From Candidatus Latescibacterota bacterium (GTDB lineage: Bacteria; Latescibacterota; UBA2968; UBA8231): DNA of 64,000 nucleotides. The notes beneath the pieces are model-generated. The model was not told the DNA's origin. It made no database searches and saw only the letters and a list, made by a program, of their open reading frames with translations. The position numbers were made by a program, and so were the translations under genes. Below, one piece after another: positions 1 through 8,999 of this stretch; position 1 is the first letter of the stretch, and each line of letters begins with the position of its first letter. The stretch spans positions 4,256,001 to 4,320,000 of the forward strand of contig OZ241867.1 in the NCBI GenBank assembly GCA_965203175.1, read 5' to 3'.

Positions 1-290
1 AACACCGTGGCGGCCAACAGGATCCCAAGCATGCCGATGGCACCCAGGGCCAGCACCCAGGCATCGCGGTGCTCACGGCAACCCAGGCTGAACGCCACGA
101 TTCCGGCCGGGAGAACCAAACACAGCAGGCCGAGATGGAAGATCTCCTCGCCCATCAGCGTGAGAGGCAAGGTGGTGCCCAGTACTAGGCTCAGGGGGAG
201 GATGGCGCAGTGCAGGGCGCACAGTGACGATCCGACGGTGCCCACAACGTCGGCGCCGAGCTGTAGGGCTGGCGACTTGGATTTCAGCAT
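1..290 (-). CDS. MerC-domain membrane protein (runs off window start; not in ORF track)
   Basis: Manual translation from ATG 290: MLKSKSPALQLGADVVGTVGSSLCALHCAILPLSLVLG...EEIFHLGLLCLVLPAGIVAFSLGCREHRD. Contains the MerC-family D-x-x-G-x-x-x-S-x-LCxxHC-x-x-x-P motif; GAGGA RBS upstream. Confidence 0.8.
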   Translation of the reverse strand, partial: MLKSKSPALQLGADVVGTVGSSLCALHCAILPLSLVLGTTLPLTLMGEEIFHLGLLCLVLPAGIVAFSLGCREHRDAWVLALGAIGMLGILLAATV

Positions 291-437
291 TTATCCTCGC
301 TGGTATTTGGCGTCTCGGCCCCTGACCGTTCCTATGTAGTCAGGAAGCCCGCTGGCTGGCCCGAGCGTCCGGCCCTGCCGGTTCTCCGCGTTCCGGCCCG
401 AGGCCCAGGGACGAGACTCCCGTGCTGAAAGCAAGCC

Positions 438-466
438 TTGACGATAACTGAAAATCGATTATCATG
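438..466 (+). promoter_or_regulatory. sigma70 promoter overlapped by Fur/Zur-type palindrome
   Basis: TTGACG(438-443)-N16-TATCAT(460-465); overlapping TGAAAAT-CG-ATTATCA(449-464), matching the sites at 6674 and 11331. Confidence 0.7.
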
Positions 467-472
467 CAATTC

Positions 473-760
473 ATGCAGAGAGCGAAGCAGCAGATGACCG
501 TCTTGCGAGCCCTTGACGAGGCGGACGGCCCCCTGTCCGCCAGGGAACTGTGGAGCCGCCTGAGCGGAACGGGTGTCGGTCTCGCCACGGTATACCGCGC
601 TCTCCAACGGGGTGTTGAGGAAGGCACGCTGGAATCGGTCGAGGGGTTAGGCGGCGGCGTTCGGTACGAGCCCAAGGACCGCGAGCATCACCATCACTTT
701 CTCTGCTCGGCCTGCGACCGCGCGTTCGACCTCTTCGAACCACTCACCCAGGAGAATTAG
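473..760 (+). pseudogene. Fur-family regulator, C-terminally truncated
   Basis: Wing-helix 'VGLATVYRAL' and 'HHHHFLCSAC' present, but the ORF stops shortly after the first CxxC; the second CxxC seen in the intact paralog at 6794-7174 is missing. Confidence 0.75.
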
Positions 761-909
761 ATGAATACGCCTCAAAAAGTACCCGTAACGATCCTCACCG
801 GCTTCCTCGGCTCTGGCAAGACGACCCCCGCCGCAATCAGCTCGTCTTCATCGGCCGCAACCTCGATGAGCAGAGCATGCGGCAGGGGTTTGAAGCATGT
901 CTGATTTAA
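761..909 (+). pseudogene. CobW/COG0523 zinc metallochaperone GTPase, internally deleted
   Basis: MNTPQKVPVTILTGFLGSGKTT (Walker A N-terminus) joins out of frame at a C-run (~825-829) to RRNQLVFIGRNLDEQSMRQGFEACLI* (CobW_C end, stop 907-909). Confidence 0.85.
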
Positions 910-1943
910 ATGGCGGCAGCCCGAGGGGCGCTCTTCGCCGGGGCTGGTCTGCGGCGGTTGGCGACTACGCTATCGCCGGGGGTTGGAGCCTACGCGGTGA
1001 GGCGCTGATGGTCGGTGATGCTGCGGGTGGCGTTTACGCATTCGACGGCAAGTCTGGCGCGACCGTCTGGGAGCGGCGCGGGGTTCATGAAGGCGGTGTG
1101 CTCGCGGTGGCGATCCACCCAAGCGGAACCGCGTTCGCTACGGCCGGCCAGGACAGCCGAGTCTTAATCTGGAGTGCCGCCGAAGGTCAGGTAAGCCGGG
1201 CTATCGACGTCGGAAGCGGTTGGGTAGAAAACGTGGCGTGGTCGCCGGACGGCCAATGGTTGGCGGCCTCCTGCTCCCGGCAGGTTCGCGCGTATGGTGC
1301 GGACGGCGCGGAGGTTTGGCGATCTGATGATCATCCCAGCACCGTCAGCGCGATCGCCTGGTCAAGCGCAGGGGAGCTGGCGACGGCCTGTTACGGTCGA
1401 GTGACGTTCTTCGACGCGCCCACTGGCGAGCTTCGCCAGAAGCTGGAATGGCAGGGATCCTTGGTGTCGATGGTACTGAGCTCGGACGGGGATATCGTGG
1501 CCTGCGGCAGCCAGGACAACTCGGTGCACTTCTGGCGTCGCTCCACGGAGCAGGACTCCATGATGTCCGGATATCCTGGCAAGCCGTCGGCCTTGGATTT
1601 CGATGACACCGACACCCTCTTGGCCACCGGCGGAGGGGAGGCGGTGACGGTCTGGAGCTTCCAGGGAAGGGGTCCCGAAGGCACGCGGCCCGGCGTTCTG
1701 GAACTTCATGATCAACCTGTTACAACGCTCGCCTTCGCTCGCCGCGGGATGCGTCTGGCCTCGGGAGCTCGGGATGGCGGCGTAGTTGTGTGGTCGCTCA
1801 GGCGCGATGGACAAGGCGATCCGACAGGAGTTGCGCTTGTGGCAGATGTTGTCGGCGGCTTGTACTGGCGACCAGATGGACGCGCGCTTGCCGCGCTCGA
1901 CGCGCAGGGTGGCGTGACGGTTTGGCGAGTGAGCAATAGGTGA
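897..1943 (+). CDS. WD40 repeat beta-propeller protein (COG0523-associated type)
   Basis: Repeated units 'VLAVAIHPSG..FATAGQD..VLIW', 'VAWSPDGQWLA', 'LASGARDGGVVVW'; start overlaps the cobW remnant end. Confidence 0.9.
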   Translation: MSDLNGGSPRGALRRGWSAAVGDYAIAGGWSLRGEALMVGDAAGGVYAFDGKSGATVWERRGVHEGGVLAVAIHPSGTAFATAGQDSRVLIWSAAEGQVSRAIDVGSGWVENVAWSPDGQWLAASCSRQVRAYGADGAEVWRSDDHPSTVSAIAWSSAGELATACYGRVTFFDAPTGELRQKLEWQGSLVSMVLSSDGDIVACGSQDNSVHFWRRSTEQDSMMSGYPGKPSALDFDDTDTLLATGGGEAVTVWSFQGRGPEGTRPGVLELHDQPVTTLAFARRGMRLASGARDGGVVVWSLRRDGQGDPTGVALVADVVGGLYWRPDGRALAALDAQGGVTVWRVSNR

Positions 1944-1958
1944 AGCACGACCGCAACT

Positions 1959-2045
1959 CCTTTCTTTGTCGACAAGGTACGGGATATCGTCGGCTTATAC
2001 CTGAATCCCCCCGAGCCCATGGTGCTGTGCGTGGACGAGACGAGC
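1959..2045 (+). mobile_element. IS630-family transposase fragment
   Basis: Translates as PFFVDKVRDIVGLYLNPPEPMVLCVDETS, the conserved IS630 segment leading to the first catalytic Asp; no rest of gene or IRs seen. Confidence 0.75.
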
Positions 2046-2085
2046 CTCTCGCCCTAATGGGCCTAATACAGGTATTTCGGTCACT

Positions 2086-3342
2086 CTAGAAAATGAACTC
2101 GGGAAGATGTGCCGTGCCTAGGACCATGCTCTTGCGACGAAGCTCCTCTCCTTGCTCTTGAATCTGGCTGATGTTTTGCACTCCGAGCAGTTCCATGGAG
2201 CGAAGTAGGTCTTCCTTCATTAACTCAAAGGCTCGGGTTAGACCCAAGTGACCACCGGCTCCTAGTCCACCTGCGGTCACTCTGCCCAAGCCCACAGCCT
2301 TCAGGCCGTAGCTCAGCCCAATAAGAACATCCAGTCCGCTGCGGATACCGCCGTCCATCGCGCAATCGAGTTTGGACTTGGCCGCGCCCAACTTAGGCAT
2401 AGCCTCGGCGACAATCTGCAGGGACGGAATAGCCCGACCTAACTGGCGACCGCCGTGGTTGGAGAAAATTACTCCATTTGCTCCTAGCTCCTCCGCTTTT
2501 AAAGCGTCCTCCGCGCAGTGAACGCCTTTGACGATGAGCGGTTGCCCACCCCATGTTTCTTTAATCCATGGGAGGTCGCTCCAGGTAACAGCCGAGGCAG
2601 CAAGCTGTTCTCCAATACCGGCATATGGCATGGGCTCGCCGCATTCGTCGATGATGTTAACAAAGGGAAGCAATCCACCGTCACGCCAATGCCTCCGTAA
2701 CCACCCCATTCGAGGGACGATCTGTGGTGCTAGCTTCACCTTGTGTAACGCGCGCTTTAGCTTTCTCGGGCCAGAGTAAATAGAGCCCACAGCATCCATC
2801 GGCTTCATCCTGGCATGTTCTATTCTGTTCCCCGACACCGCGGTGTCGATAGTAAGGACCAGTGCAGAAAAACCCGCATCTCTTGCCCGCCTGATTCCTC
2901 GTTTCGCGGTTTCCACTCCGCCGCACAGGTAGAGCTGAAACCACTTCGGACCGTTCGACGCGTCGGCCACGGCTTCCATGGGTGTTTGTGAAAGCGTCGA
3001 CAGCGTCATGGCCGTTCCAAATTCCCCGGCGACTTGGGATGCGACCGCGTCGGCCATCGGCCATAGCGTGCGCAGACTCCCAACCGGCGCGACGAAAAAA
3101 GGAAGAGAAAGTTCCTGGCCGAATATGCTCGTCGTCGTGTCCAACGTCTTGTGTTTGACGGCTCCGGGAGGCGCGAGCATCGTCTGTTGAAACGCCAGGA
3201 CATTCGCCTTCAGCGTAGTCAGCTCATCAGCGCCACCGATAAAGTATTCAGCGGCGATCGGAGGAACTTCTCGCAGCATAATCCGCCAAATATCTGCTGT
3301 TGTCAGCGCATCGGCGATTTCGTTTTCCCTGATTCGGAACAT
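2086..3342 (-). CDS. FMN-dependent alpha-hydroxy-acid oxidase/dehydrogenase (LldD/glycolate oxidase family)
   Basis: 'WFQLY', 'LVLTID', 'IVKG', 'SNHGGRQ', 'DGGIRSG' motifs; start placed at ATG 3342 (ORF track extends to 3390). Confidence 0.9.
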   Translation of the reverse strand: MFRIRENEIADALTTADIWRIMLREVPPIAAEYFIGGADELTTLKANVLAFQQTMLAPPGAVKHKTLDTTTSIFGQELSLPFFVAPVGSLRTLWPMADAVASQVAGEFGTAMTLSTLSQTPMEAVADASNGPKWFQLYLCGGVETAKRGIRRARDAGFSALVLTIDTAVSGNRIEHARMKPMDAVGSIYSGPRKLKRALHKVKLAPQIVPRMGWLRRHWRDGGLLPFVNIIDECGEPMPYAGIGEQLAASAVTWSDLPWIKETWGGQPLIVKGVHCAEDALKAEELGANGVIFSNHGGRQLGRAIPSLQIVAEAMPKLGAAKSKLDCAMDGGIRSGLDVLIGLSYGLKAVGLGRVTAGGLGAGGHLGLTRAFELMKEDLLRSMELLGVQNISQIQEQGEELRRKSMVLGTAHLPEFIF

Positions 3343-3818
3343 AAGGTGTTCCCATATTCGCGGCGGCCTGGGGTGGGTGACTGCACGCAAACGGATTGCT
3401 CACGGGGTTCGGAAACAGCGAACCGTTCAAATCGGTGGCGATCCAGTTCAGCGGGCAATTCGAGTAAAACACCCGCGTCGCGCGAGGCTTTGGCCCAATC
3501 GAGGAGCAAGCCGTATTGCCACTGTTCCTGGAGGCCGCCAAACCACTGTATCCCCTGAGGCGAGATGACACAGGCGACATTGGCCAGGTCGCACGGGCCA
3601 AGGCATCCGGAGATCGTCAGTTCCACCGTCCTGTTGAGTTTTTCCTCTTTCCACTGCTGCTCGATCCAGTCGCAGGGCACGGGTTTGAACCCTCTGTCCG
3701 TCCGACCGCAGCAACAGCCTTCGCAGAGCAGGATCTGCCCGAGAGCGCGGCTCCGGGGCGTAGCCAGTGCTTCGCGTCTGTCGAGCTTTTCGCGGATGCG
3801 ATGAGTCTGCGCATTCAT
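3303..3818 (-). CDS. Thioredoxin-like (2Fe-2S) ferredoxin-domain protein
   Basis: From ATG 3818: 'LLCEGCCCG' ... 'SGCLGPCDLAN' Cys pattern of TRX-like ferredoxins; C-tail overlaps the next gene by 40 nt. Confidence 0.7.
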   Translation of the reverse strand: MNAQTHRIREKLDRREALATPRSRALGQILLCEGCCCGRTDRGFKPVPCDWIEQQWKEEKLNRTVELTISGCLGPCDLANVACVISPQGIQWFGGLQEQWQYGLLLDWAKASRDAGVLLELPAELDRHRFERFAVSEPREQSVCVQSPTPGRREYGNTLCSESGKTKSPMR

Positions 3819-3910
3819 GGGCGTGCCTTTGGCGCATCGGCCCCGCAGTCCGGCTTGTTCTTTTTCCTTATTCCCATATGCTGTTTGCTTGTGAATGTAG
3901 CGATAAGCTG

Positions 3911-5098
3911 CTAGCCACGTGCCCTTGCGGCCGCGACCAACCGGGTGCCGGCTAGTCTCGCTCCGGCGATGTCGCGGGACGCGGGCCCCAGCTCGAGCTC
4001 GGCGAGAGGGCCCGAGACGTGAATGCGCGGATGCCAGCGAAGCGCGGAATCCACGATGGGGTAGCCGCAGCGCGCGCACGGCAACGAGGCCGAGGCGATC
4101 AACGCATCGACCATCGATCCGCCAGGGCGGGTCGATGCGAACCCGGTCGCGAGCAGAACGCGCTCCGCTTCCAGCCCTGAGTGGGTCGCGAGCCGCAGCG
4201 CGAGGACATCGCGGCGCGCATCGAACCCTTCAACCTCGCCCTCGTGCCAGAGCAGCTGGCCCCCTGCGATGGACCGGCGCAGCGCGCGCCGGACGTCGGG
4301 GGGCACCGAACCTTTGTGGCGCGCTTCAGCGATCAGGGTCCGCCGACGATCAAAATTCCGTTCGCGGTGGAAGCGCTCCATGCACTTCGGACCGAGCCAG
4401 CCCGGATCGCTGTCGAATTGGTGCTGGCGCAGGGCATGGCGCGAGACGAGATGGACGCGATGCCCTTCCTCCACGAGGCGGAGCGCCACTTGGGCCGCCG
4501 AGATACCGCCGCCGATGACCACGACGGTCTCGCTTGACGACGGCCACCCGTCGAACCCCGGCTCGCAGACATGGTGGACGCGGGCGTGACTGCGCGGCGC
4601 CCAATCCGGCCACTCGGGCTGTTCGCTCGCGCCGATGGCCAATACGAGGTGCTGCGCTGCGATCTCGCGCCCGGTCGCGAGCAGAACGCCGACGCCGTCA
4701 CGGTCGATCGAGCACTTCGTGGCCCGGTCCTGGATGTGGAGGTTGGCGAGCCCGAAGGTCTCCACCACCCGGTCGCAGTGCGCATTGAAGAGGGCCAGGG
4801 CGGGCCGGTCGTAGGGCGGGGCGAACAGCCCGGTCTTTCGGCGCTTGCGTTTCTTGCGTTTGCCCGCAAAGTGTAGGAGCGAGAAGGGGTCGAGGTCCAG
4901 GTGATGGACTCCCGATGAGCGCAGGTGGGTCATCCCCGTCGTGGCGGTGCAGCTGCGCCAGTGCGCGAGCAGCCGGTCGCCCGGGTCCACGATGCGGAGT
5001 CGTTCGGGGGCGACACCCGATTCTCCAAGCAGACGCGCGGCGATGTGCACGCCGTGAATCCCGCCGCCGATGATCAGCCAATCCAGTGCCACCGACAT
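3911..5098 (-). CDS. FAD/NAD(P)-binding oxidoreductase (lysine N6-monooxygenase-like fold)
   Basis: Two Rossmann motifs 'IIGGGIHG' and 'VIGGGISA', plus 'LLATG' and 'LAELELGP.SR.IAGAR'. Confidence 0.85.
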   Translation of the reverse strand: MSVALDWLIIGGGIHGVHIAARLLGESGVAPERLRIVDPGDRLLAHWRSCTATTGMTHLRSSGVHHLDLDPFSLLHFAGKRKKRKRRKTGLFAPPYDRPALALFNAHCDRVVETFGLANLHIQDRATKCSIDRDGVGVLLATGREIAAQHLVLAIGASEQPEWPDWAPRSHARVHHVCEPGFDGWPSSSETVVVIGGGISAAQVALRLVEEGHRVHLVSRHALRQHQFDSDPGWLGPKCMERFHRERNFDRRRTLIAEARHKGSVPPDVRRALRRSIAGGQLLWHEGEVEGFDARRDVLALRLATHSGLEAERVLLATGFASTRPGGSMVDALIASASLPCARCGYPIVDSALRWHPRIHVSGPLAELELGPASRDIAGARLAGTRLVAAARARG

Positions 5099-5099
5099 C

Positions 5100-5327
5100 T
5101 CAATCAGCCCTGGCAGTCGCCACCGCTGCGATATTGGCCAGCAACCAAGCCGACGCAGCGCACAGCTGCAACCAGTCCCCTCCGGAGCTGATCCCGTAGA
5201 CGAACATGCTGCCGATCCAACACACGCTAGCCGCCGTCTGGCCGAGCCACTCGGGGCGAAGTGCCCGTTCGACCCGGCTTCGCCGCGGCGTCATGGAGTT
5301 GGTATCATTGCCACCGCCGGTCAGCAT
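5100..5327 (-). CDS. small membrane protein, two predicted TM helices
   Basis: EWLGQTAASVCWIGSMFVYG...DWLQLCAASAWLLANIAAV; ATG overlaps the upstream stop (ATGCTGA); alternative start 5294. Confidence 0.65.
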   Translation of the reverse strand: MLTGGGNDTNSMTPRRSRVERALRPEWLGQTAASVCWIGSMFVYGISSGGDWLQLCAASAWLLANIAAVATARAD

Positions 5328-6448
5328 TCGCATTCTTGGCCGCAGCAGGACAGGTCGTCCAGGTACATGCCCCACATACGGTACATCTCTAGACCCTCCG
5401 CTGGCAGTCCCAGCGATGTTGCGATCGCCTTGGCGACGACGGCGAAGCGCTGTCGGTACTTGTAGATGAAGCAGAAGATGAGGTTGTCGTGCCGAACGGC
5501 CGCCCCGCAGAGGAAGATCCCCGGGACGAGCGTCGATTCATCGTGCTCGTTCAGCAGCGGAAAGCCGTCCTCCCGCTGTTCAAACAGGTCTGAGACGAGC
5601 GTATGGCTTCCCTCGAATCCGCCAGCGAGCAGCGGCGGCGCAGGCGTGTAGAACCGGCGCCCGTCCTGCGTGACGACCTCGTACGTGGAGTCCGACAGGG
5701 CGACCGACTCGACGGGTGAGTCCGGGATTAGTTCCACATGTTCAGTGAAGGCTGTCCGACGCGTGCGTTCGAGCGAATACGTCGACAGCGCCACGCTGGG
5801 GTCGGAGCTTTGGGACTCCCAGGGATTGCCCCTGTCGAAGAGCCGCACGTGCTTGCCCCGTTCGGCGAGGTGGTAGGCGACGTCAACGCCGCTCTCGTAG
5901 CCGCCGACGACGATGAAGTCGTCGCCGTCCAGCTCGGCGTAGCTGGGGATCGTGGCGGTGTGCCGGCACAGGGCGCTGCCTGCAAATCCGTCCAATCGCG
6001 GGTACTGGAAGTCGCCTGCCGCCCAGATGACGTGGCGGGCCCGCACGGTCCCATCCGCCGTTTCGATCGCGAACTCGTCTCCCTGTCGGGCGATGCTCGT
6101 CACGTCGGTGTGTTCCTGGACCGGCAGTTCGAAGTGCGTCACCGTCGCCTTCAGGAAGGCCGAGTACTCCCGTCCCGTCGGATGCTCGACCCCTATCGTG
6201 TATGCGGGCGAGGTGCCAATCACGACGGAGTTCAGGTCGAGCATGCCGATGGAGTTGGTCGTACACGAGGGCGTGATGAAGCGCATCTCGGCCGGCCACG
6301 AGGCGAAGGACGCGCCGACGGTTTGACGCTCGAGCACGAGGAAGCTCTCGATGCCCGCATGCCCAAGGGCGACCGCGACGCCCACACCTGCCGCGCCGCC
6401 ACCGACGACGACCGCGTCGTACACGTGATCTGTAGTCGAGGCGCTCAT
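5321..6448 (-). CDS. NAD(P)/FAD-dependent oxidoreductase (CzcO/TrxB-like) with Cys-rich tail
   Basis: 'VVVGGGAAG', 'VIWAAGDFQYP', 'VVGGYESG'; ends WGMYLDDLSCCGQECEC. Confidence 0.88.
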   Translation of the reverse strand: MSASTTDHVYDAVVVGGGAAGVGVAVALGHAGIESFLVLERQTVGASFASWPAEMRFITPSCTTNSIGMLDLNSVVIGTSPAYTIGVEHPTGREYSAFLKATVTHFELPVQEHTDVTSIARQGDEFAIETADGTVRARHVIWAAGDFQYPRLDGFAGSALCRHTATIPSYAELDGDDFIVVGGYESGVDVAYHLAERGKHVRLFDRGNPWESQSSDPSVALSTYSLERTRRTAFTEHVELIPDSPVESVALSDSTYEVVTQDGRRFYTPAPPLLAGGFEGSHTLVSDLFEQREDGFPLLNEHDESTLVPGIFLCGAAVRHDNLIFCFIYKYRQRFAVVAKAIATSLGLPAEGLEMYRMWGMYLDDLSCCGQECEC

Positions 6449-6564
6449 TCGCCCGTTCCTTCGACCATTTCAAGCCCGGGGAAGGGGTTCGGAAGCCCTG
6501 CCCAGTCCTGGCTGTCGCGGGACGCAAGAGCGTCGTCGCGAGGGGGTATTTCTTCGAGTGTCAT
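6445..6564 (-). pseudogene. possible remnant of a second COG0523 (YciC/ZigA-type) gene
   Basis: 39-aa ORF MTLEEIPPRDDALASRDSQDWAGLPNPFPGLEMVEGTGE; 'W..LPNPFP' resembles the YciC-type C-terminal 'W..L.DPFP'. It follows the metal-box promoter and its stop overlaps the next ATG (ATGA). Confidence 0.4.
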
Positions 6565-6669
6565 CGGGGTTTTCGTCCAGGTGTGGAGCAGCAAGCTCCG
6601 GTTTGTTTGGTAGCGAGACGCTGCCGCAAACCGACCGCGAATCAAGCGAGGGCGGCAACTTTTGAACCG

Positions 6670-6701
6670 ATAATGATAATCCGTTATCATTATTTGGGCA
6701 A
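6670..6701 (-). promoter_or_regulatory. sigma70 promoter with Fur/Zur-type palindrome
   Basis: Palindrome ATAATGATAA-TCCG-TTATCATTAT (6670-6693); minus strand TTGCCC-N17-TATCAT. Confidence 0.8.
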
Positions 6702-6703
6702 GT

Positions 6704-6772
6704 CAAATACCGAATATTCGATACCCCTACTTGATCCAGCTCGATCTCCCGCTCGTCGGGTAATTCGTTCAA
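6704..6772 (-). pseudogene. folE2: GTP cyclohydrolase IB (FolE2) N-terminal remnant
   Basis: TTG-NELPDEREIELDQVGVSNIRYL resembles the FolE2 N-terminal 'D.R.I.ID.VGV..IRYP'; similarity ends at the next promoter. Confidence 0.6.
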
Positions 6773-6793
6773 ATCATCCTATTCAAGCCTGTT

Positions 6794-7174
6794 TCACTTG
6801 TCCGCGCTGCAATCGCGGCATTGTCCGTACAGCGTGATCTCGTGCCCTTCGAGCTCGAAGCCCGGCGGCGCCAGCTGCGCGATACCCTCGGCACACCCGT
6901 GGATGTCGAAGGCTTCGTCGCACTCGCGACAGAGAAAATGGTGATGATGACCCCGGTCGGTCGGCTCGTAGCGCACATCATTGACGCCCAGATCCACGGC
7001 CCGCACTTCACCGGCGTCTTGCAGGCGCCTGAGCTGCCGATAGACCGTTGCAATGCCCAGCGTCGGCACTATGGGGGACGCCAAGTCGAGGATTTCCAGG
7101 GGGCGAAGTGGGCCGGGGGCGTCGCGAATAACCCGCACGATGGCGCTGCGTTGGCTGGTGCGTCTGTTGCTCAT
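6794..7174 (-). CDS. Fur-family transcriptional regulator (probable Zur)
   Basis: 'LGIATVYRQL', 'HHHHFLCREC', 'HEITLYGQCRDC'; co-oriented downstream of the Zn ABC operon. Confidence 0.9.
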   Translation of the reverse strand: MSNRRTSQRSAIVRVIRDAPGPLRPLEILDLASPIVPTLGIATVYRQLRRLQDAGEVRAVDLGVNDVRYEPTDRGHHHHFLCRECDEAFDIHGCAEGIAQLAPPGFELEGHEITLYGQCRDCSADK

Positions 7175-7226
7175 GGGGATGCCTCCTTGATCTGCCGGAT
7201 GCCGGATCGGACCTGGTTGTGGCGAA

Positions 7227-8108
7227 TTACGCTTTTTGGCTGAGCGCTTGAATCAGCGTTCCCAAATTGTGCTCGAACATCTTCTCGTAGCTGGTCGCCG
7301 GGCTGCCGCGTTCCGAGAGCGCGTCGGAGAACAGTCGGCCACCGATCTGAATTCCGGTTTCGTGCGCGATCTGCTGAATCAGGGATGGGCTGGTGATGTT
7401 CTCAACGAACAGTGCGCCGGCGCCGACGGCCTTCAAGTGATCGATCAGCTTGGCGAGGTCTCGTGCCGACGGCTCGGCATCGGTGTCGATCCCGACCGGG
7501 GCCAGAAATGTGAGCCCATAGGCTGCCTCCAGATAGCCAAAGGCGTCGTGGGCGGTCACGACCGTACGCTGGCCGGCGGGCAGTCTTTTGAGTTGGCCGA
7601 GCGCGCGGTCGTGTAATGCCTTTAGTCTCGCGGTGTAGGCGCGGGCATTGGCCTTGTAGGCTGCCGCGTTTTGCGGATCGGTTTCCGCCATGCCATCCGC
7701 AATATTGGCGACATACTTCATGCCGTTTGTGAGCGAGTTCCAGGCGTGCGGGTCGATTGCGCCGTCAACCTTCAAAGGCGCTATGCCATCCGTCGCGACG
7801 AACACTTTGGCCTGGGTAGCGGATGTCTCGATCAGGGTTTGCGACCAGGTCTCGAAGCCCAGACCGTTGACAAAGATCACCTCGGCGTTGGTCACTGCTT
7901 TGGCGTCGGCCGCGTTGGGGGTGTAAACGTGCGCATCCGCGTCCGGGCCGACAATGGTTGTCACCTCGGCTAAATCGCCGGTGACCTGGCGCACCATATC
8001 GCCGAGGATGGAGAAGCTGGCGACGACCTTGATTCTGTCCTGGGCGGCCGCCGGGATTGAGGTCAACGCCAGGCCCGCTACCAGCAGTGCGCTGAAGAGT
8101 TGTTTCAT
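7227..8108 (-). CDS. znuA: Zn/Mn ABC transporter substrate-binding protein (ZnuA/AztC, cluster A-I)
   Basis: Signal peptide; 'DAHVYTP', 'NGLGFE', 'DPHAW', 'HDAFGY', 'LFSDAL'. Confidence 0.9.
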   Translation of the reverse strand: MKQLFSALLVAGLALTSIPAAAQDRIKVVASFSILGDMVRQVTGDLAEVTTIVGPDADAHVYTPNAADAKAVTNAEVIFVNGLGFETWSQTLIETSATQAKVFVATDGIAPLKVDGAIDPHAWNSLTNGMKYVANIADGMAETDPQNAAAYKANARAYTARLKALHDRALGQLKRLPAGQRTVVTAHDAFGYLEAAYGLTFLAPVGIDTDAEPSARDLAKLIDHLKAVGAGALFVENITSPSLIQQIAHETGIQIGGRLFSDALSERGSPATSYEKMFEHNLGTLIQALSQKA

Positions 8109-8120
8109 GGTTTTTTGCTC

Positions 8121-8999
8121 CTACATTGAGTTTCTGTTGATGGTCAGAGGTTCGCGGCGGTACGGGTTGAGGCGTGCGCCGACCTGAAATCCTTGCGGTG
8201 CGAAGATCAGGCTGAAAAAGAAAAAGACCGCCGCAACCAGCACGATTGCGGGACCTGAAGGCACGTCCGACAAATAGAACGAAACGATCAGCCCGATCCA
8301 GCCGCTCAGCAGCGCGAATATGAAGGTAACGATCAAATAGCCGGTGATTGTCGAGACCCAATAACGCGCCGCCGTCGCCGGCAGGATCATCAGCCCGACC
8401 GCCATCAGCGTGCCGAGCGCCTTGAAGGCGCCCAACAGATTGAGCACGACCAGAAACATGAACCAGTGGGCCACGAGGCCTGGGTGCTTGGACTGGCTCT
8501 CATGGAAGACCGGATCGATTGTACTGATGATCAGCGGCCTGATGATCAGCGCGAAGCTCACCAATGTGATTGTAGCCGTCATCCCGATCAGCAGGAGGCT
8601 TTCGTCGTTGATGCCGAGGATCGAACCGAACAGGAAACTCTTCAGCGGCACCGCCGAGCCGGCGGCGGACAGGATGAAGATGCCGAGGGCGAGGGCGGTC
8701 AGGTAGAGCGACGCCAGACTCGCATCCTCGCGGATGATTGTCATACGGGCGAGCAGGCTGGTCAGCGCGGCGACGGTGATACCGGCGGTCAACCCGCCAA
8801 CGATCATGGATCCCACCGACAGACCGGCAATCACGAAAGCGATGACGATTCCCGGCACAATAGCGTGAGCCATCGCCTCGCCGGCGAGCGACAGACGCCT
8901 GAGCACTAGGAATGCTCCGACCGGGGCGACGGAGAAACTCAACACCGTCGTCGCGGTCAGTGCCCGGACCATGAACGCGTAGTCGAGCCACTCAAACAT
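8121..8999 (-). CDS. znuB: Zn/Mn ABC transporter permease (ZnuB/AztB)
   Basis: Start MFEWLDY at 8999; 'GAFLVLRRLSLAGEAMAHAIVPG', 'LFGSILG', 'PSGPAIV'. Confidence 0.9.
   Translation of the reverse strand: MFEWLDYAFMVRALTATTVLSFSVAPVGAFLVLRRLSLAGEAMAHAIVPGIVIAFVIAGLSVGSMIVGGLTAGITVAALTSLLARMTIIREDASLASLYLTALALGIFILSAAGSAVPLKSFLFGSILGINDESLLLIGMTATITLVSFALIIRPLIISTIDPVFHESQSKHPGLVAHWFMFLVVLNLLGAFKALGTLMAVGLMILPATAARYWVSTITGYLIVTFIFALLSGWIGLIVSFYLSDVPSGPAIVLVAAVFFFFSLIFAPQGFQVGARLNPYRREPLTINRNSM

Noticed and set aside
1-290. Mercury-resistance operon
   Set aside because: Only a MerC-domain gene is seen, with no merA/R/T/P in the window; the context is zinc starvation.
2086-3342. Mycofactocin MftD
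   Set aside because: No mftA/B/C in the window; only family-level motifs can be supported.
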